Below the pieces are notes generated by a model. It did no database searches. It saw only the letters and a list, made by a program, of their open reading frames with translations, and was not told the DNA's origin. From NCBI GenBank assembly GCA_964393515.1, contig CAYMTY010000007.1, positions 15,710 through 79,709 of the forward strand: 64,000 bases of DNA, read 5' to 3'. This document shows, in pieces, positions 7,171 through 16,593 of the stretch. This stretch comes from an uncultured Verrucomicrobiota bacterium. Its GTDB lineage: Bacteria > Verrucomicrobiota > Kiritimatiellia > CAIQIC01 > Lenti-01. Positions within the stretch are counted from its first letter, which is position 1. Each line of letters starts with the position of its first letter. A program made the position numbers and the translations under genes.

Positions 7171-8865
7171 TCATTCGCCCTTTACCCGGAAGAAACCGGT
7201 GGCATGGGTTGGCGGTTCCACGGTCCGGTTCGTCCACGGCCGGGTTTCCCGGACCCAGTTGGTCGCGGGATTCCACCCATTGGTCAGGCCCGTGGATTCT
7301 TCCAGCGAATACGCCGTGCCGCGATAGGCCGGGAACCGGAGCTGACCGTCCGCCAGGTCAAGCCTTAGCGGCAGCAGATGGTTCGGCTCTTCGCGTACAT
7401 CGAGCAGGAACCGGTAAGCATGCGGCAGGCGCGCGGCCCAGGCCGCCTCGTTGTGGTCGTGGTCGCAACCGATCATGAACCGCAAATCCGCGTTGGGTGC
7501 GTAACCGAAGCCGAGCAAATACCCGTACAAGTCGTAATTGTCGTCATAGAGGCTTATTCCGCCGATATCGAGTTCGTTGTTGATATTTCCCACGTCCATC
7601 CACACCCGCGCTTCATGCACGCGGTTGCTGGCCAGCCAAGCCATGTAGTTCGGGCAGAAATTGGTGCTGTAGACCCCCGACATGGCGCCGACCAGCCCGA
7701 ACACGTTGGTCCACGTGCCGAGATACATGGCGAGCAGCCCGCCCGAGGAGGAGCCGATGCAGGCGGTATTGGCCCGGTCGTTCTTCGTGCGGTAGTGGCC
7801 ATCGACCGTCGGCCGCACGTTGTGAATCAGGAAGTTCGCGTAGTTGTCGGCCTTGCCCTGCTTGCCGCTGTTGCGGTCCATGTGCGGCAGGTATTCGATT
7901 GTCCGGTCGGCGGCGCAATCCACCCCGACGACTATGGTTTCACGCATCCGGCCGCCTTTGATCTCGGCATCGGCGTGGACTTCTGCGTCCCAGGAATCCC
8001 CTGAATCATGGGGCGTAAAGATATTCTGCCCGTCGCTGAAATAGGCCACAGGATAGCGCCGGTCCGGATTCTCATCATAGCCGCGCGGCAAATAGATCCG
8101 GACGCGCCGCCCCGCTATGTTCGGATAGGACGATTCCACATTGGTCACGACAATCCGGCTAGCGGACACCCCGTTGGAGGGCGGCAGATAGTTGAACACC
8201 TGGCGGTCGCAGACAATCAGCGCGTCCAGAGGTGTCCAGTAGTCCTGACCATCCCAGGCCCCCTCCCAGGTGTTGCTGCCGTTCCGCCGGCCGTTGAAGG
8301 TGAAGCGGATCCATTCCCCCTCGGTGCCGATGTTTTCCGCGACGTGGCGCCATTCGCCCGCGCGCAGGCCCGGGCCGGCCGTCGTCATGGCCACCACCGG
8401 CCAGGCGCCCGTGGCGCTGAAATCGGCTGCAGAAAGCATGGAATAGACCAGGTTCACGTTGGTCATGTCGGAATAAAATTCGATTCGCTTTCCGGCAAAG
8501 GGCGCGGCGGGTTCCGCCGGCGCGTTGGTTTGCAGGTTGGCCCCGTCCGGCCACCAGTCGGCGTTGGCATCGTCGCAGACTTTTGCGGGATCTGTTGACC
8601 GCTTCACGAACTTGTATTCCAGCGCCGTGCCCGCCTGCACGCCGATGTCGCCCCACCAGACGTTGCCGTTCGACCAGACCAGCTTGACCGCCTGGGCCGG
8701 ATGCCAGGTGCCGATATCGGGATGACTGCCCACCACGTACATTTCAAATCCCGGGCCCGTGTTGGTGGTGATGGTAAACCGCAACGGCACGCGCCAAGGG
8801 CTGGCGGCCGGCGCCGTGAAAGCGCCCAAAAGCAGTGCCAAAAGGGCGAATCGCGGCGGTGTCAT
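7171..8865 (-). CDS. Secreted CBM20 (starch-binding) + alpha/beta-hydrolase esterase with C-terminal beta domain
   Basis: Signal peptide; CBM20-like MYVVGSHPDIGTW...LEYKFVK; esterase YPVAYFSDGQN, GSSSGG nucleophile, HDHNE; ends TGFFRVKGE. Confidence 0.8.
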   Translation of the reverse strand: MTPPRFALLALLLGAFTAPAASPWRVPLRFTITTNTGPGFEMYVVGSHPDIGTWHPAQAVKLVWSNGNVWWGDIGVQAGTALEYKFVKRSTDPAKVCDDANADWWPDGANLQTNAPAEPAAPFAGKRIEFYSDMTNVNLVYSMLSAADFSATGAWPVVAMTTAGPGLRAGEWRHVAENIGTEGEWIRFTFNGRRNGSNTWEGAWDGQDYWTPLDALIVCDRQVFNYLPPSNGVSASRIVVTNVESSYPNIAGRRVRIYLPRGYDENPDRRYPVAYFSDGQNIFTPHDSGDSWDAEVHADAEIKGGRMRETIVVGVDCAADRTIEYLPHMDRNSGKQGKADNYANFLIHNVRPTVDGHYRTKNDRANTACIGSSSGGLLAMYLGTWTNVFGLVGAMSGVYSTNFCPNYMAWLASNRVHEARVWMDVGNINNELDIGGISLYDDNYDLYGYLLGFGYAPNADLRFMIGCDHDHNEAAWAARLPHAYRFLLDVREEPNHLLPLRLDLADGQLRFPAYRGTAYSLEESTGLTNGWNPATNWVRETRPWTNRTVEPPTHATGFFRVKGE

Positions 8866-8870
8866 GGGGC

Positions 8871-9845
8871 TTACAGCCGCGCCAGGGCGGCTTTTAAAAC
8901 GGGTTCCACGTCCAAGGTTCGCAGGCAGGCCAGATCCCCCCGCGTGCAGGTGCGGGCGTGGCACGGCCGGCATTCCAACCCGGCCACCGCCACCACGCGG
9001 TCCTGTTGGCGATAGGGCCCGGTCCGCGCGGGATCGGTCGCGCCGAAAACCGCCACCAGCGGCACGCCCAGTGCATCGGCCCAGTGCATGGGTCCCGAAT
9101 CCACGGTGACCAGCAAATCCATGGATTTCAGCAGGGCGCACAGGCCGGGCAGGTCGGTCTTTCCGCACAGGTTGCGCGCTGCGCCGCCGATCTGGCGCGC
9201 CAAGTCCTCGCCTTGCGCTTCATCCTCCGGCCCGCCCAGGATGCGGATCTGGCAGCCCATTTCCGCCGCTAGCCGCCGCCCCAGCTCCGCGAACTTGTCC
9301 AGCGGCCAGTTTTTCGTGGCCCAGCGCGAAAAGGGAACAAACGCCACGTGCGGCCCCGGGCTGCCGTCGCTTTTCGCCTCGGGAAATTCCAGTAGGGGCG
9401 CGGGGGCCGGACCGGCGCCCGGCGCGGCCAGTACCGCCACGTCCAGGCATTCGTCCACGGCATGGCCGCGCGGCCCCGGTCGCCGCGGCGGCTGCGCATC
9501 GTAGAACCAGTGCGCCCCTTCCCGGGCCCAGGCCGGCCCGTAGCGCCGTCCGCCGCGCGCCAGGCGCGCCACCAGCGCGCTTTTCAGCAGGCCCTGCAGA
9601 TCTACGATGGCGTCGTAGCGCTCGCGGCGAAGCGCCCGCAGGAACGGGAACAGCCCCCGGAGGAAATTCCGGCGCGGAAACACCATCATCCGGTCCACAT
9701 CCGGACAGCAGGCCAGCAGGGCGGCGTATTCCGGCTGGACCGCCCAGTCGAGTGCGGCGCCGGTACGCTCCTTCAAGACCCGTACCGCCGGCAGGGCGTT
9801 CGCCAGGTCGCCCAGCGAGCTCAATTTGATGACTAGGATCCGCAT
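8871..9845 (-). CDS. Glycosyltransferase family 9 (LPS heptosyltransferase WaaC/WaaF-like)
   Basis: ILVIKLSSLGD, DLQGLLKSA, KNWP, TVDSGPMH, FGATDP. Confidence 0.92.
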   Translation of the reverse strand: MRILVIKLSSLGDLANALPAVRVLKERTGAALDWAVQPEYAALLACCPDVDRMMVFPRRNFLRGLFPFLRALRRERYDAIVDLQGLLKSALVARLARGGRRYGPAWAREGAHWFYDAQPPRRPGPRGHAVDECLDVAVLAAPGAGPAPAPLLEFPEAKSDGSPGPHVAFVPFSRWATKNWPLDKFAELGRRLAAEMGCQIRILGGPEDEAQGEDLARQIGGAARNLCGKTDLPGLCALLKSMDLLVTVDSGPMHWADALGVPLVAVFGATDPARTGPYRQQDRVVAVAGLECRPCHARTCTRGDLACLRTLDVEPVLKAALARL

Positions 9846-9847
9846 GC

Positions 9848-10639
9848 TCAGGAGGGCTTGGAGAGGATCTCCTCGACGCGCTTGATCTTGAGCGCCTTGC
9901 CGGTCGCCGGGTCGAGCGTCAGCAGCGCCCCGTGCAGGCGCACGTCCCCGCTGGCGATCTCGAACTTCGTGGGCATGCCGGTCAGGAAGCGCGTCAGGAT
10001 GGCGTCCGTCGTGCGGCCGATGACCGAGTCGCAGGGGCCGGTCATGCCGAGGTCGGTCAGGTAGGCCGTACCCTTGGCCGTGACGGCCTCGTCGGCGGTC
10101 TGGATGTGGGTGTGCGTCCCGAGCACGGCCGAAACGCGCCCGTCGAGGTATTTGCCCATCGCCACCTTCTCGCTGGTGGCCTCCGCGTGCATGTCCACGA
10201 CGATCAGCTTGTATTGCGCGGCGTTCTTCTTGAGCCAGTCGTCAATCGCCCGGAACGGGCAGTCCGCGACCGCATTCATGAAGGTGCGCCCCATCAATTG
10301 GACCACGGCCAAGGGGCCGTCCTTCGTCTGGATCGCGGTGGCGCCCCGGCCGGGGCAGCCGGGCGCGAGGTTCAACGCGCGGATCACGCGCAGCTCGCGC
10401 TCGTAGAACGTCGCGGCTTCCTTCTGGTCCCAGACATGGTCGCCCATGGTCAGGACGTCCGCCCCGCTGGCGAACAGCTCTTCGGCCAGCGCGGACGTGA
10501 TGCCCCGCCCGGCGGCGCTGTTTTCCGCGTTGGCGATCACCAGGTCCGCCCGGCCCTCGGCCTTGTAGCGCGTAGCCACGCGCGCCATGGCCATCCGGCC
10601 CGGGCCGCCCACGATGTCTCCGACCACCAGAATCTTCAT
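9848..10639 (-). CDS. ymdB: YmdB-family metallophosphoesterase
   Basis: GDIVG, ANAENSA, TMGDHVWD, DMHAEATSEK, GTHTHIQTAD, TDLGMTG. Confidence 0.92.
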   Translation of the reverse strand: MKILVVGDIVGGPGRMAMARVATRYKAEGRADLVIANAENSAAGRGITSALAEELFASGADVLTMGDHVWDQKEAATFYERELRVIRALNLAPGCPGRGATAIQTKDGPLAVVQLMGRTFMNAVADCPFRAIDDWLKKNAAQYKLIVVDMHAEATSEKVAMGKYLDGRVSAVLGTHTHIQTADEAVTAKGTAYLTDLGMTGPCDSVIGRTTDAILTRFLTGMPTKFEIASGDVRLHGALLTLDPATGKALKIKRVEEILSKPS

Positions 10640-11238
10640 CCGCCCCTCTTTTCTCCGCGGCCCGGGTCGCCCCCGCCCAGCAAGGTTTCCAGTTTCGCCC
10701 CGGCCGTCGGGGAGAACCAGATCCGTTTTTCGGTCACGACCACGTCCATGGGGATGTCGTGGGATTCCATGGGAACCGCCGCCACCAGGCGGTTTTCAAA
10801 GCACAGGCCGACGAGCAACGCGCCCGGACTTTGCGCCAGCAGGCGGTCGAAATGCCCGCCGCCATGGCCCAGGCGGCCGCCGCGGGAGTCGAACGCCACG
10901 CCCGGCACCACGATGATCCGCAGGCCGGCCGGATCGGCGCGTTGGGCCTGCACCGGCTCGGGAATTCCATGCGCTCCGTTGCGCCAGCGGGTGGTTTCAT
11001 CCACCCAGGCCCAGCGGTAGCTTTTGCCGCAGCGCGCCGGCACTGCCGCGCGCGCCTTACGGGCCAGCAGATCTGCCAACAAGACCTCCGTGGCCGGCTC
11101 GCCCGGGATGGACCGGTACACGCCCGCCGGTCCAGCCGCCGCCCACCAATCCTGCTCCCGCAGCCGCTCCTGGATCACAGCAGATGCCGTCCGGGAGGTC
11201 GTTTTCCGCCGGGCTTTCTTGCGCAGGGCCGGCTTCAT
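10636..11238 (-). CDS. 5-formyltetrahydrofolate cyclo-ligase
   Basis: HGIPEP, VVPGVAFD, RLGHGGGHFDRLL, HDIPMDVVVTE. Confidence 0.9.
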   Translation of the reverse strand: MKPALRKKARRKTTSRTASAVIQERLREQDWWAAAGPAGVYRSIPGEPATEVLLADLLARKARAAVPARCGKSYRWAWVDETTRWRNGAHGIPEPVQAQRADPAGLRIIVVPGVAFDSRGGRLGHGGGHFDRLLAQSPGALLVGLCFENRLVAAVPMESHDIPMDVVVTEKRIWFSPTAGAKLETLLGGGDPGRGEKRGG

Positions 11239-11627
11239 GGCACCAGCCTCCGCGGATCGAACCGCTCCGGCGGCCGCGTGGGACGCCCTTCCCCGTCAAC
11301 CACGCACCAGTGCACGGCCGCCTCCGCGATCAGCGCTTCTCCGCGCCGGATGACCTGGCGGAACGTCCCGCCGATCCGGCGCGTTTCCACGGCTTCCGTT
11401 TCAATCGCCAGCGCGTCGTCGGCGTAGGCGGGCGCCCGGTAGGCGATCTCCAGCCTGGCGATGACCGTGAAGAATCCCGCCGCGAGCATCCCCTTGTAGT
11501 CGAAGCCGGCGGCGTGCAGAAACTGCATCCGCGCGTGTTCCAGGTAATTGACGTAGACGGCATGGTTCACGTGCCCGTACGAATCGCATTCGTAGGGCCG
11601 TACCGTCAATGCCGTCACATGCTTCAT
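11235..11627 (-). CDS. Acyl-CoA thioesterase (YbgC/4HBT hotdog fold)
   Basis: VRPYECDSYGHVNHAVYVNYLEHAR; start at MKHV (11627). Confidence 0.88.
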   Translation of the reverse strand: MKHVTALTVRPYECDSYGHVNHAVYVNYLEHARMQFLHAAGFDYKGMLAAGFFTVIARLEIAYRAPAYADDALAIETEAVETRRIGGTFRQVIRRGEALIAEAAVHWCVVDGEGRPTRPPERFDPRRLVP

Positions 11628-11677
11628 AACCCCGCCACCATACACCCCGCTCCGCCCCCCGGCAAGCCGCGCCGGCC

Positions 11678-12415
11678 TCACCGCGCATTGCGCTCGTAGA
11701 TGCGGGCGATGCCGTGCAGCGTCAGATCGGGGATCACCGGGATTTTGAGCCCGGCGTCGGCCAGCACCTGCCGGGCGTAGCCGCCGGTGGCGCACACGTG
11801 GGGATTGTGTTTGCCGCAGGTCTTGGCCAGCTGCCAGAGGATTTCCGTCACCATGCCGCGGTAGCCCCAGCGGGCGCTCAGGCGCATGGCCTCCTCGGTG
11901 TTGCGGCCGGTCCGGGCCTTGACGCCGCCGGGCTTGAGTCGCGGCAGCTGCGCCGCGCCGGCCAGCGCCGCAAACCACATGCCGTAGCCGGGGGCAATCA
12001 CACCCCCTGCGAAGCCGCGGCGCGGCAGCACGAGATTGAAGGTCGTCGCCGTCCCGAAGTCGCACGCGATGCACGGCACGCCGCACAGCTCCGCGCCGGC
12101 CACCGCGTCGGCCAGCCGGTCGCAGCCGGTCTGCTCGGGGCGCTTCAGATCCACCCCGATGCCAAAATCCATTTTGTGGTTGATCCACAGCGCCGGCACC
12201 TTGGGAAAAACCTTTTTTACCAGGTGCGCCCAGGCCGGATTCTTCCGGGGCGCCACCGAGCACAGGCTGATGCCGTCGGGGATCTCGTCGTTGGCCACGG
12301 CTTCCAGGAGCACCGGCGTGGCCTCCTCGAACCGGACCGCCCGCCGGATCTTGCCTTTTGAAAACCAGCCCGCCGCCGTGCGCGAGTTGCCGATGTTGAT
12401 CGCCAGGATGTTCAT
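11678..12415 (-). CDS. coaX: Type III pantothenate kinase
   Basis: NIGNS, GCDRLA, CDFGTATT, GGVIAPG, ATGG motifs. Confidence 0.9.
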   Translation of the reverse strand: MNILAINIGNSRTAAGWFSKGKIRRAVRFEEATPVLLEAVANDEIPDGISLCSVAPRKNPAWAHLVKKVFPKVPALWINHKMDFGIGVDLKRPEQTGCDRLADAVAGAELCGVPCIACDFGTATTFNLVLPRRGFAGGVIAPGYGMWFAALAGAAQLPRLKPGGVKARTGRNTEEAMRLSARWGYRGMVTEILWQLAKTCGKHNPHVCATGGYARQVLADAGLKIPVIPDLTLHGIARIYERNAR

Positions 12416-13017
12416 AGCTCCGGCTCCTCCTCTTTTGCGCCGGCCGCGAGCCAGGCCGTCCGGACTGCGGCGAAGGGCGTTTGCAGGACCCGCTGCAGGG
12501 ATTCCACCAGAAGTTCCAGCAGGCCGTCCACTGAAATCGGCGCGCTTTCGATCCGGCACGAGGTCGCCGCGTCCTGCAGCTCCGGCGAAAAATCGCCGGG
12601 GGCCTGTCCGGCGTTGAGGCCGATGCCCGCCACCGCGAACTCGATGCGCCCCGCCGCCAACCGCGGTTCGACCAGCACGCCGCCGATTTTCCGTCCGCCG
12701 GCGAGCAGGTCGTTGGGCCATTTGACGCGCAAATTCCGGACCCCGGCCTTTTCCAGGGCCTGGAACGCGGCCATGCCGGTGAGAATCGCCAGGTCGGGCG
12801 CGCGCACGGCCGGCCAGTCCGGCCGCAGGATGAAGGAGGCATACAGTCCCGCGCCCGGCGGCGACTTCCAGCTGCGCGCGCGCCGGCCCCGGCCGCGGGT
12901 CTGCCGGTTCGCCGTTACCACCGCCCCCGCCGGCGCGCCCGCCAGCGCCCATTCGCGGGCGGCGTCGTTCGTCGAGCCGGTCTCCGCCAGCCAGCGCCTT
13001 GGATAGCCCCAGGCCAT
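12412..13017 (-). CDS. birA: Biotin-protein ligase, catalytic domain only
   Basis: STND, QTRGRGRRARSW, VKWPNDLL, KIGGVLVE, GIGLN. Confidence 0.88.
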   Translation of the reverse strand: MAWGYPRRWLAETGSTNDAAREWALAGAPAGAVVTANRQTRGRGRRARSWKSPPGAGLYASFILRPDWPAVRAPDLAILTGMAAFQALEKAGVRNLRVKWPNDLLAGGRKIGGVLVEPRLAAGRIEFAVAGIGLNAGQAPGDFSPELQDAATSCRIESAPISVDGLLELLVESLQRVLQTPFAAVRTAWLAAGAKEEEPEL

Positions 13018-13024
13018 CCGGGGC

Positions 13025-13891
13025 CTACTCGAAATCCAGCCCCAGGTCGGCGGCGCGGGCGGAATGAGTCAGCGCGCCGATGGAAATGGCCGTGACGCCC
13101 GCGCGGGCGTATTCGCGCACGTTGTCCTTGGTGATGCCGCCCGAGGCCTCGGTCTTGCAGATGCCGTTGCACAGGATGACCGCAGCGGCCGTCAGCTGCG
13201 GCGACATGTTGTCCAGCAGCACCCAGTCCGGCCGGCCGGGCAGCGCCTCCTGCAACTGTTCCAGCGTGTCCACTTCGATCTCAAGCTTGAGCCCCGGGTA
13301 GGCCTCCCGCGCGGCACGGACCGCGTCGGCCAGCGTGCCCTGATGCTGCTGCTTCCAGAAGGCCAGGTGGTTGTCCTTGATCAGGATCGCATCGTGCAGG
13401 CCGGCGCGGTGGTTGGTGCCGCCGCCGCATTGCACGGCGTACTTGTCCAGCCGCCGGAATCCGGGCACCGTCTTGCGCGTATCCAGGATCAGCGTGCCGT
13501 AGTCAGCCACGATCCGCGCGAGGCATTCGGTGGCCGTGGCGATGCCCGTCAGGCGCTGGGCGAAATTCAGCGCCGTGCGCTCCGCCGTCAGCAGGGCCCG
13601 CGCCGGGCCGTGCACCCGCAGCAGGGTTGTCCCCGGCCCCGCCTCCGCGCCGTCCGGCACCCGGATTTCGCTCTGCAGCGCCGGATCGGCCTGCCGGAAG
13701 ACCTCGGCGGCCACGCCCAGGCCGGCCACGACGACCGCGTGCCGCGCCACGATGCGGGCGGCGGCCTCGGCCCCCTCCGCCACCAGCGCCAGCGTCGTGG
13801 CGTCGCCGGAACCGACGTCTTCGGCCAGCGCGCGCGCGATCAGTTCGCGGACTTCGGGCTCCTGCTCGATCGGTAGGATGTCTGCGGTCAT
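13025..13891 (-). CDS. nadC: Quinolinate phosphoribosyltransferase
   Basis: ERTALN, DTRKT, NHRAGLHDAILIKDNH, LLDNM, EASGGI. Confidence 0.96.
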   Translation of the reverse strand: MTADILPIEQEPEVRELIARALAEDVGSGDATTLALVAEGAEAAARIVARHAVVVAGLGVAAEVFRQADPALQSEIRVPDGAEAGPGTTLLRVHGPARALLTAERTALNFAQRLTGIATATECLARIVADYGTLILDTRKTVPGFRRLDKYAVQCGGGTNHRAGLHDAILIKDNHLAFWKQQHQGTLADAVRAAREAYPGLKLEIEVDTLEQLQEALPGRPDWVLLDNMSPQLTAAAVILCNGICKTEASGGITKDNVREYARAGVTAISIGALTHSARAADLGLDFE

Positions 13892-15945
13892 TTCTTCCTC
13901 CTCCGGCCGCCGGGGCGGCCCTTACCCGGATGATACATCACCGGCCGGCGGCGCGCCTCCTGCACCGTGCCCTTGAAGGGATTTTCCGCCTTCTTCAGCT
14001 CGAAGATCTGGTCGCGCAGCAGCGCCGCGCGCTCGAACTCCAGCGCCTCGGCGGCCTCGGCCATTTCGCGCTCCAGTTCGGCGAGTACGCGCACCACGTC
14101 GTAATCCGCCCCGGCCTCCTTGACGACATATTCCTCGGCTTCGCGGGCCTTCTCGGCCTGAACGAGGCGCTCGCTGATGGCCTTTTCGATCTTCTTCGGG
14201 GTGATGCCGTTGACGCGGTTGTACTCTTCCTGGATGCGGCGGCGCTCGCGGGTCAGGTCAATCATGCGTCGCATCGAGTCGGTGACCTGGTCGGCGTAGA
14301 GGATCACGCGTCCCTGCAGATGGCGGGCCGCACGGCCGGCCGTCTGGATCAGGGAGGTTTCGCTGCGCAGGAAGCCCTCCTTGTCGGCATCCAGCACGGC
14401 CACCAGCGCGACCTCGGGCAGGTCGAGCCCTTCGCGCAGGAGGTTGATGCCGACCAGGCAGTCGAAATCGGCCTTGCGCAGTCCGCGCAGAATAGCCACC
14501 CGGTCCAGCGCCGTGATGTCGGAATGCAGGTATTTGCAGCGGATGCCGATGTTCTGCAGGTAAGCCGACAGGTCCTCGGCGGTCTTCTTCGTCAGGGTGG
14601 TGACCAGCACGCGCGCCCGGCGTTCGGTGCAGGCCCGGACCTCCTCGATCAGATCGTCGATCTGCCCCTGCAAGGGCCGTACCTCAACCTGCGGATCGAG
14701 GATGCCGGTCGGGCGGATGACCTGCTTGACCGGCGCGCCGGCCAGGGCGGCCTCCAACGGACCGGGCGTGGCCGAGGTGAAGAGCATCTGCCGGGCCACG
14801 GACATGAACTCGTCGTAGCTCATGGGCCGGTTGTCGAGCGCGGAGGGCAGGCGGAAGCCATGCTCCACCAGCGTGCGCTTGCGGGCCTGGTCGCCGTTGA
14901 ACATGCCCCGGATCTGCGGCAGCGTCACGTGCGACTCGTCGAGGATCGTCAGGAAATCCGGCGGGAAGAAGTCCATGAGGGTGTCGGGCCGGGAGCCGCG
15001 CGGCCGCCCCGAAAGCGGCCCCGAATAGTTCTCGATGCCGCTGCAGTAGCCCACCTCCCGCAGCATCTCCATGTCGTAGGTCGTGCGCATCCGCAGGCGC
15101 TGGGCCTCGAGCAGCTTGTTCTGGGCCTCCAACTCGGCCACCCGCGCCTCCAGTTCGGCCAGGACCCGTTCGACGGCCGGCGCGATCTTTTCGGCCGGCA
15201 TCACGAAGTGCTTCGCCGGCGAAATGGTCGTGTGGTCGAAGGCCTGCAGCGTTTTGCCGGTCAGCGGATCGATTCGCCGCAGGCTTTCGATGCGGTCGCC
15301 GAAAAATTCGATGCGGACGCCGTCCTGGCGGTAGCCCGGGAAGACATCCAGGACATCCCCCCGCGCGCGGAAGGTGCCCGGCAGCGTGGCCATATCGTTG
15401 CGGGTGTATTGCACATCCACCAGCTTGCGCATGATTTCTTCGCGCGGAAATTCCTCGCCGGTCCGCAGGGTCACGAGCATGCGGCGGTAGTCCTCGGGCG
15501 AACCCAGCCCGTAGATGCACGAGACCGAGGCGATGATGATGACATCCTCGCGGTTGATGAGGGCGTCCGTGGCCGCCAGCCGCAGGCGCTCGATCTCCTC
15601 GTTGATGCTGGCGTCCTTCTCGATGTAGGTGTCCGTCTGCGGGATGTACGCCTCAGGCTGGTAGTAGTCGTAGTAGCTCACGAAGTACTCGACCGCGTTG
15701 CGGGGAAAGAACTCCTTGAGCTCCGCATAGAGCTGCGCGGCCAGCGTCTTGTTGTGTGACACCACCAGCGTGGGCCGGCCCAGCTGCGCGATGACATTGG
15801 CCATCGTGAAGGTCTTGCCGGAGCCGGTCACGCCCTCGAGCGTGCCGAACCGCCGGCCGCCCCGGAATCCCGCCACCAGTGCGGCAATGGCCTCCGGCTG
15901 GTCCCCCGTCGGCCGGTAATCGGATGTCAGTTCGAATTTTGCCAT
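13888..15945 (-). CDS. uvrB: Excinuclease ABC subunit B
   Basis: [51 protein letters not shown]-terminal UVR domain. Confidence 0.98.
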   Translation of the reverse strand: MAKFELTSDYRPTGDQPEAIAALVAGFRGGRRFGTLEGVTGSGKTFTMANVIAQLGRPTLVVSHNKTLAAQLYAELKEFFPRNAVEYFVSYYDYYQPEAYIPQTDTYIEKDASINEEIERLRLAATDALINREDVIIIASVSCIYGLGSPEDYRRMLVTLRTGEEFPREEIMRKLVDVQYTRNDMATLPGTFRARGDVLDVFPGYRQDGVRIEFFGDRIESLRRIDPLTGKTLQAFDHTTISPAKHFVMPAEKIAPAVERVLAELEARVAELEAQNKLLEAQRLRMRTTYDMEMLREVGYCSGIENYSGPLSGRPRGSRPDTLMDFFPPDFLTILDESHVTLPQIRGMFNGDQARKRTLVEHGFRLPSALDNRPMSYDEFMSVARQMLFTSATPGPLEAALAGAPVKQVIRPTGILDPQVEVRPLQGQIDDLIEEVRACTERRARVLVTTLTKKTAEDLSAYLQNIGIRCKYLHSDITALDRVAILRGLRKADFDCLVGINLLREGLDLPEVALVAVLDADKEGFLRSETSLIQTAGRAARHLQGRVILYADQVTDSMRRMIDLTRERRRIQEEYNRVNGITPKKIEKAISERLVQAEKAREAEEYVVKEAGADYDVVRVLAELEREMAEAAEALEFERAALLRDQIFELKKAENPFKGTVQEARRRPVMYHPGKGRPGGRRRKK

Positions 15946-15959
15946 AAAATCAGCCGTTC

Positions 15960-15983
15960 GGAGGGGCAGGCTCCGTCCTGCCC
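15960..15983. repeat. Short REP-like hairpin
   Basis: GGAG followed by the stem-loop GGGCAGG-CTCCGT-CCTGCCC, between the nitroreductase stop and uvrB start. Confidence 0.4.
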
Positions 15984-16057
15984 GTCTTCGTCACCGGGCA
16001 ACCCGGAGGTTGACCCTCCAGAAACCAACCATTCCGCCCCGCGTTCCGCCCGGCGGC

Positions 16058-16588
16058 TCAGCCCCAGCGCTCCTGCCGCACGGTCTCGCCCAGCGGCCGG
16101 CGCGAGCGCCCGCGCGGACTGGGCTCGACATCGGGGAACCCCAGCGGCGTCAGCCCGACGATCTCGACGCCGTCAGGCAGGCCGAGGATTTCGCGGGCGG
16201 CCGCGGGATCGAAGGCGCCGATCCAGCAGGTGCCCAGTCCCAATTCGGCCGCGGCCAGGGTCATGTGGTCCAGCGCCAGCGCGCCGTCCACCAGGGCGTA
16301 GTTCTGACCGTCGTAGGACCGCACCCAGGCCTCCTGCGGCAGGACACAGACGGCGATCACGACCGGCGCCTTCCAGAACCATTCGCGGGCGTAGGCCGTG
16401 CCCAGCGCGCGCCGGCCCGTTTCGCTGCGCACCACGATGAACCGCCAGGGCTGCTTGTTGGCGGCCGAGGGCGCCAGCCGCCCGGCCTCCAGCACCGCCT
16501 GCAGCAGGTCCTCGGGCACCGGTGCGGGCTTGTAGGCCCGCACGCTGCGCCGCTTCTCCGCCAGTTCCAGGAAAGGGGTCCTGCGCAT
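16058..16588 (-). CDS. Nitroreductase family protein
   Basis: RRSVRAY, GRLAPSAANKQPWRFIVV, LGLGTCWIG. Confidence 0.92.
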   Translation of the reverse strand: MRRTPFLELAEKRRSVRAYKPAPVPEDLLQAVLEAGRLAPSAANKQPWRFIVVRSETGRRALGTAYAREWFWKAPVVIAVCVLPQEAWVRSYDGQNYALVDGALALDHMTLAAAELGLGTCWIGAFDPAAAREILGLPDGVEIVGLTPLGFPDVEPSPRGRSRRPLGETVRQERWG

Positions 16589-16593
16589 GGCGC

